A stretch of DNA of 58,951 nucleotides from Parcubacteria group bacterium (lineage in GTDB: Bacteria > Patescibacteriota > Patescibacteriia > UBA9934 > GWF2-40-263), in the NCBI GenBank assembly GCA_013204395.1, contig JABMNZ010000002.1, positions 1 through 58,951 of the forward strand, written 5' to 3'. Shown here piece after piece: positions 44,511-53,986 of this stretch. A model generated the notes under the pieces. It was not told the origin of the DNA. It saw only the letters and a program-made list of their open reading frames with translations, and searched no databases. Every line of letters begins with the position of its first letter. The stretch's first letter is position 1. Made by a program: the position numbers and the translations under genes.

Positions 44511-45923
44511 CTACGATGCGCCTTTGGAGAAGATGACGACCAGTGGGGTCTTGAATAGGATGTACAGGTCTAACCATGGACTCCAGTGTTCAATGTAATA
44601 GGTGTCGAGCCTCACCTCGTCGTTGAAGTCTAGGTCAGCTCGGCCTGAGATTTGGGCCATGCCAGTGATGCCCGGCTTGATGGTAAGGACTTTGCGTTGT
44701 TCAGGTTTGTACTGATCAACTTCCTCGGGCAGGTGAGGACGAGGGCCTACGAGTGACATTCTGCCTGTGAGGACTAGGAAAAATTCTGGGAGCTCATCGA
44801 TTGAAAACTTGCGGATGAAGGCTCCTACACGGGTGACGCGTGGATCGTGTTTGATCTTTACTAGAGGGCTGTCCTTGCGAGTGTTGTCGCCGGAGAGTTC
44901 ATCGTAACGCATGGAGTGGGTGCCTGGGCGCATGGAGCGAAATTTAAAATAGGGGAATGGGCGACCGCTTTGGCCGATACGTTGGGACTTTGAGCCATCA
45001 TCTAGAGTTTTGAAAAAGACCGGACCTCGAGAATCAACCTTAATGGCGATGGCCGTAATTATCATGATCGGGCTTGTTAGGATGATCAGTAGCAGAGCGC
45101 CAACTACATCGAATACACGTTTATAAATGGCCCCCCAACCATCCAGTGGCGTTTTTTGTACTTCGATCACGGGGACACCCGCATAGGTATGAACAATGCT
45201 TCTACCCACTGCGGCCGTAAACAAGTCGGCGCTATAGCGGAAAGTTAGATGTTCTTGTTCTGTGAAAGCGATTAGTTCCAGGGTCTGCTGGCGAGTTGCT
45301 TCTGGGTCAGCAAGAACGATCTCATCGATCTTGTCGGTGCGTTTCATTTGGCGCAAACGTCCAGCTAGAGCCTTGGTAAAAGTTTTGTGGTGAGCCACGA
45401 CACGGAACCCCAGTCGGCGCTTGCGAGCAAATTCGTTCATGAGAGCTTTGGCAGCTGTGGTGTCGCCAATGACAACGATTCTGTGCGTACCAATATCTAA
45501 ATGAAGAAGCGATCGCTGTAAACCACGAAGCGTCAGGCGAGTGACAGAGACAAAGAGTATAGAGAGGACCCAAGCGGCCAGGGCAATGAATCGAGATTCA
45601 AACAGTGTGAGAGAGAAAAAGGAGATCGCAAACACGGTGGCCATGGAGGCTGAGCAGGCTAAGGTGACTCTGGAAAGTTCGCTGCCGATTGAAGACCTGC
45701 GGACACTATAAAGACCAGCTACGGCAAATACGGCAATGAACATCAGAACGATAGGGGTAACAACGGCAAGGTAACGCTGGAGATCTAAATCAAAAATCAC
45801 CGGACGTAGTGCGGTGAGGGCTGGATGGAAACGGGCAAAGAAGGCTGCGGTGGCCGCGGCGATCAGTGCTAGGAAATCAAAAGGTAAGAGGGCTAATGTA
45901 AATGTCAGTTCTGAACGTTTCAT
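44511..45923 (-). CDS. Polyprenyl-phosphate glycosylphosphotransferase (WcaJ-like sugar transferase)
   Basis: [36 protein letters not shown]. Confidence 0.95.
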   Translation of the reverse strand: MKRSELTFTLALLPFDFLALIAAATAAFFARFHPALTALRPVIFDLDLQRYLAVVTPIVLMFIAVFAVAGLYSVRRSSIGSELSRVTLACSASMATVFAISFFSLTLFESRFIALAAWVLSILFVSVTRLTLRGLQRSLLHLDIGTHRIVVIGDTTAAKALMNEFARKRRLGFRVVAHHKTFTKALAGRLRQMKRTDKIDEIVLADPEATRQQTLELIAFTEQEHLTFRYSADLFTAAVGRSIVHTYAGVPVIEVQKTPLDGWGAIYKRVFDVVGALLLIILTSPIMIITAIAIKVDSRGPVFFKTLDDGSKSQRIGQSGRPFPYFKFRSMRPGTHSMRYDELSGDNTRKDSPLVKIKHDPRVTRVGAFIRKFSIDELPEFFLVLTGRMSLVGPRPHLPEEVDQYKPEQRKVLTIKPGITGMAQISGRADLDFNDEVRLDTYYIEHWSPWLDLYILFKTPLVVIFSKGAS

Positions 45924-45969
45924 AGTTGTTATAGTATAGCAAAAATGTTTGGGTCTGGCTGGGTTGGTG

Positions 45970-46083
45970 AGTTGAGAGTTGGGCGAACAGCCGTCGGGAC
46001 TAAATTTGAGATCGGCTAGACAGAGGGCCGACTAAAATTTGTCGCCTACGTCTTTCGCTGGTGTGGACCGTCTGGTGGGTGGG
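45970..46083 (+). repeat. Intergenic hairpin repeat family copy
   Basis: Highly similar to 53830-53943. Confidence 0.88.
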
Positions 46084-46137
46084 GGGAGAGGGGGGTGACA
46101 AAACACACGGCATCGAGCCGTGTGTTTTGTCGTCCTA

Positions 46138-46601
46138 GGAGCTATCTGTAAGCCGAATTTTGTCTGCTTGTGGCGACTGCCGCAAGGAGATGACAATTTA
46201 TCTAGCCCAGCTATTGCTAGCTGGATCGTGCGAGCTACCAAATTTGCTCTTACACCAGAAAGGGTTTACCACGCCTCCGTGTCGCCACGGGGCGAGACGT
46301 GTAGCCATCCTAACCGATCCCGCGAAGCGGGACCCCGAACCAACTGGCGTCGGGGCTGATCAGGGGACACCACATCACTTTTCACTTTTCACCTCACCCA
46401 AGGGTGAGGTTAGTATTGTCTCTGTGGCACTTTCCCTAGGCTTTGATCATGATGCTCGGGAGCAATATTCCAGCTCCTGAATTTCAGAACTTATACCTGG
46501 TTGTCGTTAACAACTTTCTTTTTCGATGCCCCTTACGAGACATCGGGTGTTCGGACTTTCCTCGAACTGGCTCTCACCAGCCCGTAGCCATCCGATAGTC
46601 C
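46138..46601 (-). ncRNA. rnpB: RNase P RNA
   Basis: GAGGAAAGTCC, GGGAAAGTGCCACAGA, GGTAAACCC, ACAAAATTCGGCTTA; P1 pairs the two ends. Confidence 0.93.
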
Positions 46602-46635
46602 TAAGACGGAGAGAAGATACCAAACAAGAGGGCAA

Positions 46636-46691
46636 TTGTCAATGGAACTGTTGACAAATTGGCCATTTTTAGTTATCTTATCGCGTTCGTG
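46636..46691 (+). promoter_or_regulatory. 56-bp duplicated promoter, copy 1
   Basis: Identical to 48594-48649; TTGACA-17-TATCTT with TTGTCAA/TTGACAA inverted repeat. Confidence 0.85.
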
Positions 46692-46738
46692 AACCAGAGC
46701 ATTTTTGCCGCGGTTCCGGCGCCATGGAGGACAGAGGC

Positions 46739-47287
46739 ATGCAGAACAAGGGACTTTTGGTCGCACTGATCACCGTCGCAGTGGCAGCAATGCTCATTGT
46801 GGGAATGGCCGTCAGCTACAAGAACAGCGAGGTCGGTCTGCGCAACACCGCAGCCGCTCAGCAAGAGAAGCTCACGGTCGTGTACGACGCGACCTGGAAG
46901 ATCATCCAGCAGAAGGCTGGTGTGAGCGCCCAGTACGCTGACAACTTCAAGGAGATCTACCCCGCCCTCATGGAAGGACGCTACGGCGACAGTCGTGGTG
47001 GCGCCATGATGAGCTGGATCACTGAGAGCAACCCGGACTTCGACACCTCGCTGTACGCGGACCTGATGCGGTCAATCGAGTCCGAGAGGACCAAGTTCGC
47101 ACGAGAGCAGTCGCGGCTAATCGACATCAAGCGTGAGCACGACGACCTCCGGCTCAAGATCCCAAGCTCGCTGTTCGTCGGTGGCAAGCCCGAGCTGGAG
47201 ATCCAGCTGGTCACCTCCGGTAGGACCAAGGAAGTCTTCTCCACCGGTGAGGAGAACGACATCGACCTGTTCGGTAACGGCAAGTAG
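46739..47287 (+). CDS. LemA-like membrane-anchored helical protein
   Basis: N-terminal TM; SYKNSEVGLRN..YDATWKIIQQKAGV..IESERTKF..IPSSLF. Confidence 0.6.
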   Translation: MQNKGLLVALITVAVAAMLIVGMAVSYKNSEVGLRNTAAAQQEKLTVVYDATWKIIQQKAGVSAQYADNFKEIYPALMEGRYGDSRGGAMMSWITESNPDFDTSLYADLMRSIESERTKFAREQSRLIDIKREHDDLRLKIPSSLFVGGKPELEIQLVTSGRTKEVFSTGEENDIDLFGNGK

Positions 47288-47302
47288 CCACAGGAGGTCG
47301 AC

Positions 47303-48478
47303 ATGATCATTTGGGGAGCCATGGCTGTGCCAGTTGTGACAGCACTCGTGCTGCTCGGCTGGTTCAGACACAAGACCGTTGCATGGGAATTCCTGATCCC
47401 CTTTGCGGTGTCTATTGTGTGTATCGGCCTCTTCAAGTGGGGGGCTGAAAAGCACGAGACAACAGACACCGAGAACTGGGGTGGCTGGGGTGCAGTTGCA
47501 GAGTACTACGAGCGTTGGGACGAAGAAGTCCCGTGTTCGCACGTAAAGTACTGCACACGCTCGGTCACAAGGACCAGATCAGACGGAACCACCTACAGTG
47601 ATACAAAGCAGTACGACTGTGGGAGACTGGATCCATACGATGTCGACGACCACCCGGCTTACTGGCGGGTGACCGACTCCAATGGGGAGACCCAGAGGAT
47701 CTCATCGACCAAGTTCGAGTGGTTTGCAACTCGGTGGGGAGAGCGACGATTCGTCGACCTCAATCGAAACTACCACTTGATCGACGGTGACAAGTACGTC
47801 GCCAATTGGGACAGGGACGACGTCACACTCGTTCCGATCACCACCAAGCACACGTATGAGAATCGCGTTCAGGCGGCCTCGAGCGTGTTCAACTTCGAGG
47901 AGGTTGATCCGACAGTTTGGGGACTCTACGAGTACCCGTCGATCAGCGGCTTGGATCAACGGGCCGTGCTTGGAGCAGTACGCGACGCTGACAAGGCTGA
48001 TACAAGACTGCGCTTCTGGAACGCCAAGCTCGGCGCAGTGAAGCAAGTGAAGATGTTTCTCCTGGTGTTCGGACCGGAATCCACCTTGGAGACTGGGCTG
48101 GCACAGGAAAACTACTTCAAGGGTGGAAACAAGAACGAGTTCATTCTCACTCTGGGTGTCGACGCCACTGGCAACGTGACCTGGGCGCATGTCATCTCTT
48201 GGACGGAGGAAGACAGGCTCAAGATCGATGTGCGGGAGTACGCTCTGGACCAAGACAAGCTGGACCTGGTCGACCTGGTCGAGTACATGGCAGCTGAGGT
48301 GCACAAGAACTTCGAGCGCAAGGAGTTCGAGGACTTCTCCTACCTCATGGTGGAGCCACCCCTGTGGTCCGTCCTGCTCTCCTACTTCCTGACCATCTTG
48401 ATCAACATCGGGCTCAGCGCCTGGATCGTGATGAACAGACATAGCGAGTACACACGCCCCTCCTGGCGAACGTACTGA
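47303..48478 (+). CDS. Membrane protein (2 N-terminal + 1 C-terminal TM), possible TPM-like domain
   Basis: AGGAGG SD; YFKGGNKNEFILTLG..VISWT. Confidence 0.7.
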   Translation: MIIWGAMAVPVVTALVLLGWFRHKTVAWEFLIPFAVSIVCIGLFKWGAEKHETTDTENWGGWGAVAEYYERWDEEVPCSHVKYCTRSVTRTRSDGTTYSDTKQYDCGRLDPYDVDDHPAYWRVTDSNGETQRISSTKFEWFATRWGERRFVDLNRNYHLIDGDKYVANWDRDDVTLVPITTKHTYENRVQAASSVFNFEEVDPTVWGLYEYPSISGLDQRAVLGAVRDADKADTRLRFWNAKLGAVKQVKMFLLVFGPESTLETGLAQENYFKGGNKNEFILTLGVDATGNVTWAHVISWTEEDRLKIDVREYALDQDKLDLVDLVEYMAAEVHKNFERKEFEDFSYLMVEPPLWSVLLSYFLTILINIGLSAWIVMNRHSEYTRPSWRTY

Positions 48479-48593
48479 AGCAACCCTCGGATACGCATCC
48501 GGGGTTTTTTAATTCTCAAGTGGAATTAGTAATTCTAAAGTTTTCCTGAGGGGCCTACTCATGGTTGGATGATGTATTGAATATAGAACATGG

Positions 48594-48649
48594 TTGTCAA
48601 TGGAACTGTTGACAAATTGGCCATTTTTAGTTATCTTATCGCGTTCGTG
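48594..48649 (+). promoter_or_regulatory. 56-bp duplicated promoter, copy 2
   Basis: Identical to 46636-46691. Confidence 0.85.
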
Positions 48650-48694
48650 GGCAGTTGTAAGGTATGACTGTTTCGACGATTTGGAGGATGAATC

Positions 48695-49942
48695 ATGGCA
48701 CCAAGGCAAGGCGATACCCGCAAGGGTTCAAAGCGGCGCTGGTCTTCATGGCCATGCACATCATGCAGTGTGCAAGTCGAGATCGGCTTGTTCTACACTC
48801 GCTGGCAGGCTGGTGAGATCTCCAAGGATGCGTTCGACAAGACTCGAACTCATTGCCCCAACTGCGGCAATCCCAAGTCTGAAGAGGCTGAGGGTGAGGC
48901 ATACGAGGCTCCAGCGCAGACGGTGCTCATCACAGACCGTGCGACCTACGACCGTACGGATCGCGGTGCCAATGTCGCGTGTGACTACTGCACTGGCGAG
49001 AGCACGGTGATTGATGTCGATGGCGCTGCGCTGCGCAGCTGCGTCAACTGTGGTGCTGGAATGGACGGACGTGACTACGCAGATGGTCCGCTCCCAGATT
49101 CAACACCGACACCTGCTGCAGAACCGGTGTCGCGCCAAGAGCGCCCTCTGCCACAGGCGCCACTTTACGATGATTCAGGTCCAGAACCCAGCTACGGCGA
49201 TCCATTCGCCAAGGTTCTGTGGCTGCTGGGGATTGCCTTGTCCCTCGCGTTGGTCATCTGGCTGTGCGTGTACCTCTTCGGGAAGCACGAGACCACGGCC
49301 CAGGTGAGTTCGATCGGTTGGGAGATCACACACGTGGTTACCCAGCGGAAGGTCAACACGGATTCGGACTGGAAGTCCAACATGCACAGCGGCTCCTACG
49401 CCGAGAGCTGTACCAACAAGTTTCGGGAGACCGAGGCCTGTTCACACGAGGACTGCAACCCGCATCAGGTGGTAGGTCCTGATGTAGATTGCAACTGTGG
49501 GTATGTCGGAACCGGCACATGGAGCGACAACGGTGACGGGAGTCAGACTGAGATTGAGGTGTACACGTGTGACACCTGTCCAGGTCCCTCTGTCACGGAG
49601 TACGACCTGTGTCACCCCGGCGGAGACGACATCTACGAGGACTGGTGCGACTACAAGTACGACACCTGGCCAGAGCTCGCTCGCAAGACATCCGATGGAG
49701 AAGACCATTACCCAGTACCTCCATCGCTGGTGGCTGTCGGCAATGACCAGCGTCTCGATGCCAAGCAGACCCTGACGGTCAAGTGGAACGACCCCGAGGG
49801 TCTCAATGGTCCGTGGGTTGACCATCCAAGTACCGTCTTGGACTACAGCAGGTACGACAAGGGCGACTACTGGATCGTCGACTACAACCGCAGTGGGTCC
49901 ATCTGGCCCAAGCAACGAATCGGCGACAGCACATCCCGCTGA
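48695..49942 (+). CDS. Multi-zinc-ribbon membrane protein with Cys-rich extracellular domain
   Basis: CTSC, CPNC, CDYC, CVNC; one TM; GGAGG SD. Confidence 0.8.
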   Translation: MAPRQGDTRKGSKRRWSSWPCTSCSVQVEIGLFYTRWQAGEISKDAFDKTRTHCPNCGNPKSEEAEGEAYEAPAQTVLITDRATYDRTDRGANVACDYCTGESTVIDVDGAALRSCVNCGAGMDGRDYADGPLPDSTPTPAAEPVSRQERPLPQAPLYDDSGPEPSYGDPFAKVLWLLGIALSLALVIWLCVYLFGKHETTAQVSSIGWEITHVVTQRKVNTDSDWKSNMHSGSYAESCTNKFRETEACSHEDCNPHQVVGPDVDCNCGYVGTGTWSDNGDGSQTEIEVYTCDTCPGPSVTEYDLCHPGGDDIYEDWCDYKYDTWPELARKTSDGEDHYPVPPSLVAVGNDQRLDAKQTLTVKWNDPEGLNGPWVDHPSTVLDYSRYDKGDYWIVDYNRSGSIWPKQRIGDSTSR

Positions 49943-50053
49943 CGCACCCCCCGGACACGCATCCGGGGTTTTTAAATTGGATTTTTTTCAAAGAAAAAAC
50001 CCACCGAGCGCCGCGTTGGCGTGGTGGGGTGTCGAGCGTGTGCTCGTCGTGTC

Positions 50054-51271
50054 TCACGGGTTTTCGACAACCTGAGAGATGTAGTTCTTGGTCGGCGAAA
50101 GCGACCAGGTATGAGCGAGTCCGCGGAGGGTCTCGTTCTCTACTCCGTAGAGCTGCACGTGCATGCGTACATTGGCACTGTCGAGGCGCCGTCGCAGGCT
50201 TTGAGAGAGTTCGTTGTCCTGACCATCCGTGTGGATCATCAGGTCGGCGGTATCAACACCTGCCGTCAGGAGATCGTCGATGGCAACGTTGATTGCCGCT
50301 GAGATCTTGGTTCCTTGTTGACTGAAGCTCTTGATGTACTTATCCAGACCCTCTACAGGGGTTCCTGGCGTCCAGGTGAACAGCGGGTAGACTTCGCTGT
50401 CAAACCCACGGCAGAAGAAGGGGACTCCCTCTTGTACACACCTTTCCAGGACGGCGTGGGCTACCCGGCGGAGCAAGCGCATGCGCCAGGCTGCACCTCC
50501 TCCCGCTCTTGAGTACATCGAGTAGGAACAGTCCATCAGCAGGTACACCGCGTGTTTGCGCTTGCGGGTGATCGGCTCGTGGATCGGCTCCCAGATGGTT
50601 TCGATGACGTCTTTCCATTCATCATCCATCACCGGTTCGGTGACATCTTCCCAGACGGGTTCCAGCACGTCTTCCATTACCGGTACCATGACCGGTCCCA
50701 TGATCTCGACCCTGCGGTCGTGGGTTAGAACCTGTGCTCGACCAGTGAGGATACGCATCTCCTGCAGGTCTTCGGGAAGGAGCATCTCAGACGGGCGTCG
50801 TCGGTGCGCTTCATGGAGACCACGGATGGACCTCAAGCGAATGCGATCAGCGGGAATGGGTGATTCTTTCCATTCAACCCTCACCACCTCTTCACCCACT
50901 TGTCGTTCGCCGACCTGTTTTTGTTCACCTGTCTTTCGGTATTCGACAATCCTTTGGTCTACGACTCTTGTGTCGACCTGGATCTGCCTTCCTGTTTTTA
51001 CTCGGTCAACAACCTCATCGCGGACAGCCCTTTGGCCTGTGACCTTCTGTCCGATGGTGATGAGGGTGTGTGTGATGACAACGCGACGCGCCATCTCTTT
51101 GACCATATCGCGAACGGAGAACCGTTCGTAGGTGATCGGCTGCCCTGAGGGGGTCGTCTTGGGGAACCCCGCCTTCAGGATCGCCCGGTACAGGGCAACA
51201 GCTCCGGCAACTCCACCAATCGCGCTGCTCGCCCCAAGGACGGCAAGCGCCGCTAGAGTGAGCGGATCCAT
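50054..51271 (-). CDS. vWA-domain protein with N-terminal TM helix
   Basis: MIDAS DCSYSM, GTKI, HTDG. Confidence 0.85.
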   Translation of the reverse strand: MDPLTLAALAVLGASSAIGGVAGAVALYRAILKAGFPKTTPSGQPITYERFSVRDMVKEMARRVVITHTLITIGQKVTGQRAVRDEVVDRVKTGRQIQVDTRVVDQRIVEYRKTGEQKQVGERQVGEEVVRVEWKESPIPADRIRLRSIRGLHEAHRRRPSEMLLPEDLQEMRILTGRAQVLTHDRRVEIMGPVMVPVMEDVLEPVWEDVTEPVMDDEWKDVIETIWEPIHEPITRKRKHAVYLLMDCSYSMYSRAGGGAAWRMRLLRRVAHAVLERCVQEGVPFFCRGFDSEVYPLFTWTPGTPVEGLDKYIKSFSQQGTKISAAINVAIDDLLTAGVDTADLMIHTDGQDNELSQSLRRRLDSANVRMHVQLYGVENETLRGLAHTWSLSPTKNYISQVVENP

Positions 51272-52641
51272 CAGGATCCCGGTTCGTCGTCAGGACCCGG
51301 TTCGCTGGTTTCCGGATCGTCGCCCGAGGGCGGATCGACCGGCTCCAGATCTGCCCCTGAGGCGATGAGCTCTTCCTTCTCGGTTCTGGGAGTGGTCACT
51401 TTCTGTACAACACCCCAGAGCATCGTTTGATGCACCTCGACCATTGCTCGCAGGCGCCCGTGGCGATCGCGGTTCTGTGAAGAGGTCATGGTGGCCTTGG
51501 CCAGCGTTGCCTCGGCAGCCTTCAGATCTCCCAGCAGCTTCATGAACTGACTCGCTGCCCGTTCACGAATGTCTTCCTCGCTGGGGATTTGACCTTCGAT
51601 CCGATCGAGGTACTCCTCTTCCACCCTGATGCGAGCACGGTGTTCCTGCTGCTTCCACTTGCCCTCAACCACCCTTGCGATGGCTTCGTCGAAGGCTTCC
51701 TGCTCTCCCGGACGCCGAACGAGCGCTAGACCCGTGATGCGAAGATCATCCAGAGTGACTACTTGCCGGCCGTTCATCATGGCCTCCACCTCGGCGAGCT
51801 CTGCGATCTTGCAGAACATGCGGTTGGTGAGGGTCCGCCCAGTGGCTTCGCAGAGGGTCTGGTAGAGCTCGACGTAGGCCTGCTCAATGACCGCGTCATC
51901 GAACAGGTCGCTTCCGTGGGTGATTCCACTGACCCGAACGATGTCTCCCAGGGACAGCGGCGGCATCGACTTGGCTCGCTCACGCGACAGGTGCAAGCGC
52001 AACATGCGCGAGAGCTGATCCGTTTGTGTGAGCGTGGCCACGGGGACGAGGAACATGTACCGGTCGATGACCGGAACGAACCTGTCGTCTTTCTTCATGG
52101 CCTCGATGGGATCCACGTTGGTGTCTGCAAACGTTGAGATCAGCGGGCAGTGCGTGAGCACCTGCCTGCCGCGACGGAAGTCACGATCCTCGAGGAAGTC
52201 GTTGAGCGACTCCAGGAGCTGCCGACCACCATTGAGAGTCTCTCCCAGGTGCACGACATGTGCATTGAGGATGGACCCTTCCACCTGGTGGCGTATTTCT
52301 CCAGCCTCGCGCCAGTGCTTGCCATCGGGATCTCCGAAGACTCGGTCCTCGATGGTCTCTGCGGTCAGGCCCAGTGAGAACCAGCGCATGTCCGTGGTAC
52401 TACCCACGATCTGCTTGGTGATGCTGGTCTTGCCAGTCCCCGAATCGCCGTAGCTCAGCACGTGCTCTCGTCGCAGGAGTGCATACTCCATGCGGGTAAT
52501 GAGATCGTCGCGACCCACGTATTGGAGTCTCAATGCAACGAAGAACGCCCTGATGCGCCTCGTGCTCGCCAGGACATCGTCCCAGCTTTCTTGGGTGGTT
52601 GTCCCATCCAGCTGCAGACAGTCAAGAAGTGGTCTGGACAT
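51271..52641 (-). CDS. MoxR/RavA-like AAA+ ATPase
   Basis: Walker A GDSGTGKT, EDRVFG, IDRY; GGAGG SD before MSRP; stop overlaps vWA start. Confidence 0.85.
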   Translation of the reverse strand: MSRPLLDCLQLDGTTTQESWDDVLASTRRIRAFFVALRLQYVGRDDLITRMEYALLRREHVLSYGDSGTGKTSITKQIVGSTTDMRWFSLGLTAETIEDRVFGDPDGKHWREAGEIRHQVEGSILNAHVVHLGETLNGGRQLLESLNDFLEDRDFRRGRQVLTHCPLISTFADTNVDPIEAMKKDDRFVPVIDRYMFLVPVATLTQTDQLSRMLRLHLSRERAKSMPPLSLGDIVRVSGITHGSDLFDDAVIEQAYVELYQTLCEATGRTLTNRMFCKIAELAEVEAMMNGRQVVTLDDLRITGLALVRRPGEQEAFDEAIARVVEGKWKQQEHRARIRVEEEYLDRIEGQIPSEEDIRERAASQFMKLLGDLKAAEATLAKATMTSSQNRDRHGRLRAMVEVHQTMLWGVVQKVTTPRTEKEELIASGADLEPVDPPSGDDPETSEPGPDDEPGS

Positions 52642-52789
52642 TCTGTCTTTCCTCCAGTGTGAAGTTTTATACAACCAGGCCCGGAATAGGGCTGTTTCTA
52701 GCGGTTGTAACGGGAGAGCTTGCCCCAAATTGGGGATTTTGTCAATGCAAAAGCAGGGCTAAGCCCTGCTTTTATAGTCTTTTGTGTCT

Positions 52790-53773
52790 TTAGAGCGTTA
52801 CGCCAATTCGGTCGCGGACAATGCGCATTTTTTCGCTTGCTATAGCCTTGGCCTTCTCAGCCCCTTTGTCCAAGATGGCTATCAGTTCCTTTGGGTCATC
52901 CAAGTGGGCGTTAATCTTCTCTTGAAGAGGTGATAGGAAATCACTGAGCGCTTCGGCTAGACCAACTTTGAAATCGCCATAGCCCTTTCCTTCATATTCA
53001 GCAACGATGGCGTCAGTGGACTTTTCACTGGCTAGAGAATAGATGGTTAACAGATTGGCCAGACCAGGTCGGTCTTTGGTGTATTCAATGGTGGTGCCAG
53101 AATCTGTGACCGCGGATTTAATTTTCTTTAGTACCGTCTTTTCATCGTCCATGAGGGATATGAAGTTTTTCTCGCTTGAGGCGGACTTGCTCATCTTCTT
53201 GGCTGGATCGTCCAGGCCCATGATGCGGGCGCCTTGTTTTGGAATGCTTGGTTTTGGAACAGTGAAGGTATCTCCAAATCGATTATTAAAGCGTTCGGCC
53301 AAATCACGCGCAAGTTCAAGATGCTGTTTTTGATCTTCTCCAACAGGCACAATCTCTGTGTCATAGAGCAAGATGTCTGCCGCCATGAGTACGGGGTAAT
53401 CAAACAAACCAACACTGACTCCTTCACCTTTGCCCGCAGCCTTGTCTTTGTACTGGGTCATGCGCTCTAACTCTCCCATGTGAGCGATCGTGTTTAAGAT
53501 CCATGCAAGCTCTGTGTGCTCGCTTACTCGGGACTGTTGGAAGAGGGTGGTTTTTTCAGGATCAATACCAGCGGCAAGATATGTGGCTGCTGCAAACAAG
53601 AGGTTCTTGCGAAGTTCAGCAGGGTCTTGTGGGACCGTTATGGCGTGATAATCGACTGCAAACAAAAAGTTCTCGTTTCCATCTTGGAGCGAAACCATCG
53701 GTGCAATAGCGCCGAAGTAGTTGCCGATGTGTAGGATGCCCGATGGTTGTAGGGCGGTAAGGATTCTTGACAT
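52790..53773 (-). CDS. trpS: Tryptophanyl-tRNA synthetase
   Basis: QPSGILHIGNY, YPVLMAADIL, VGEDQKQH, KMSKS. Confidence 0.98.
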   Translation of the reverse strand: MSRILTALQPSGILHIGNYFGAIAPMVSLQDGNENFLFAVDYHAITVPQDPAELRKNLLFAAATYLAAGIDPEKTTLFQQSRVSEHTELAWILNTIAHMGELERMTQYKDKAAGKGEGVSVGLFDYPVLMAADILLYDTEIVPVGEDQKQHLELARDLAERFNNRFGDTFTVPKPSIPKQGARIMGLDDPAKKMSKSASSEKNFISLMDDEKTVLKKIKSAVTDSGTTIEYTKDRPGLANLLTIYSLASEKSTDAIVAEYEGKGYGDFKVGLAEALSDFLSPLQEKINAHLDDPKELIAILDKGAEKAKAIASEKMRIVRDRIGVTL

Positions 53774-53829
53774 ACGTCAGCTATCCTAGCAAATGAGGGG
53801 GAAGATTCATAGGATGATGGGGGTGTTTT

Positions 53830-53943
53830 AGTTGAAAGTTGGTCGAACAGCCGTTGGGACTAAATTTAAGATCGGCTGAAACAGAGAGCCGACTAAAATT
53901 TGTCGCCGACGTCTTTCGCCGGTGTGGACCGCGTGGTTGGTGG
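53830..53943 (+). repeat. Intergenic hairpin repeat family copy
   Basis: Highly similar to 45970-46083. Confidence 0.88.
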
Positions 53944-53986
53944 GAAAAATAAAACAGGGCCCATCGAGGGCCCTGTTTTATTTTGG

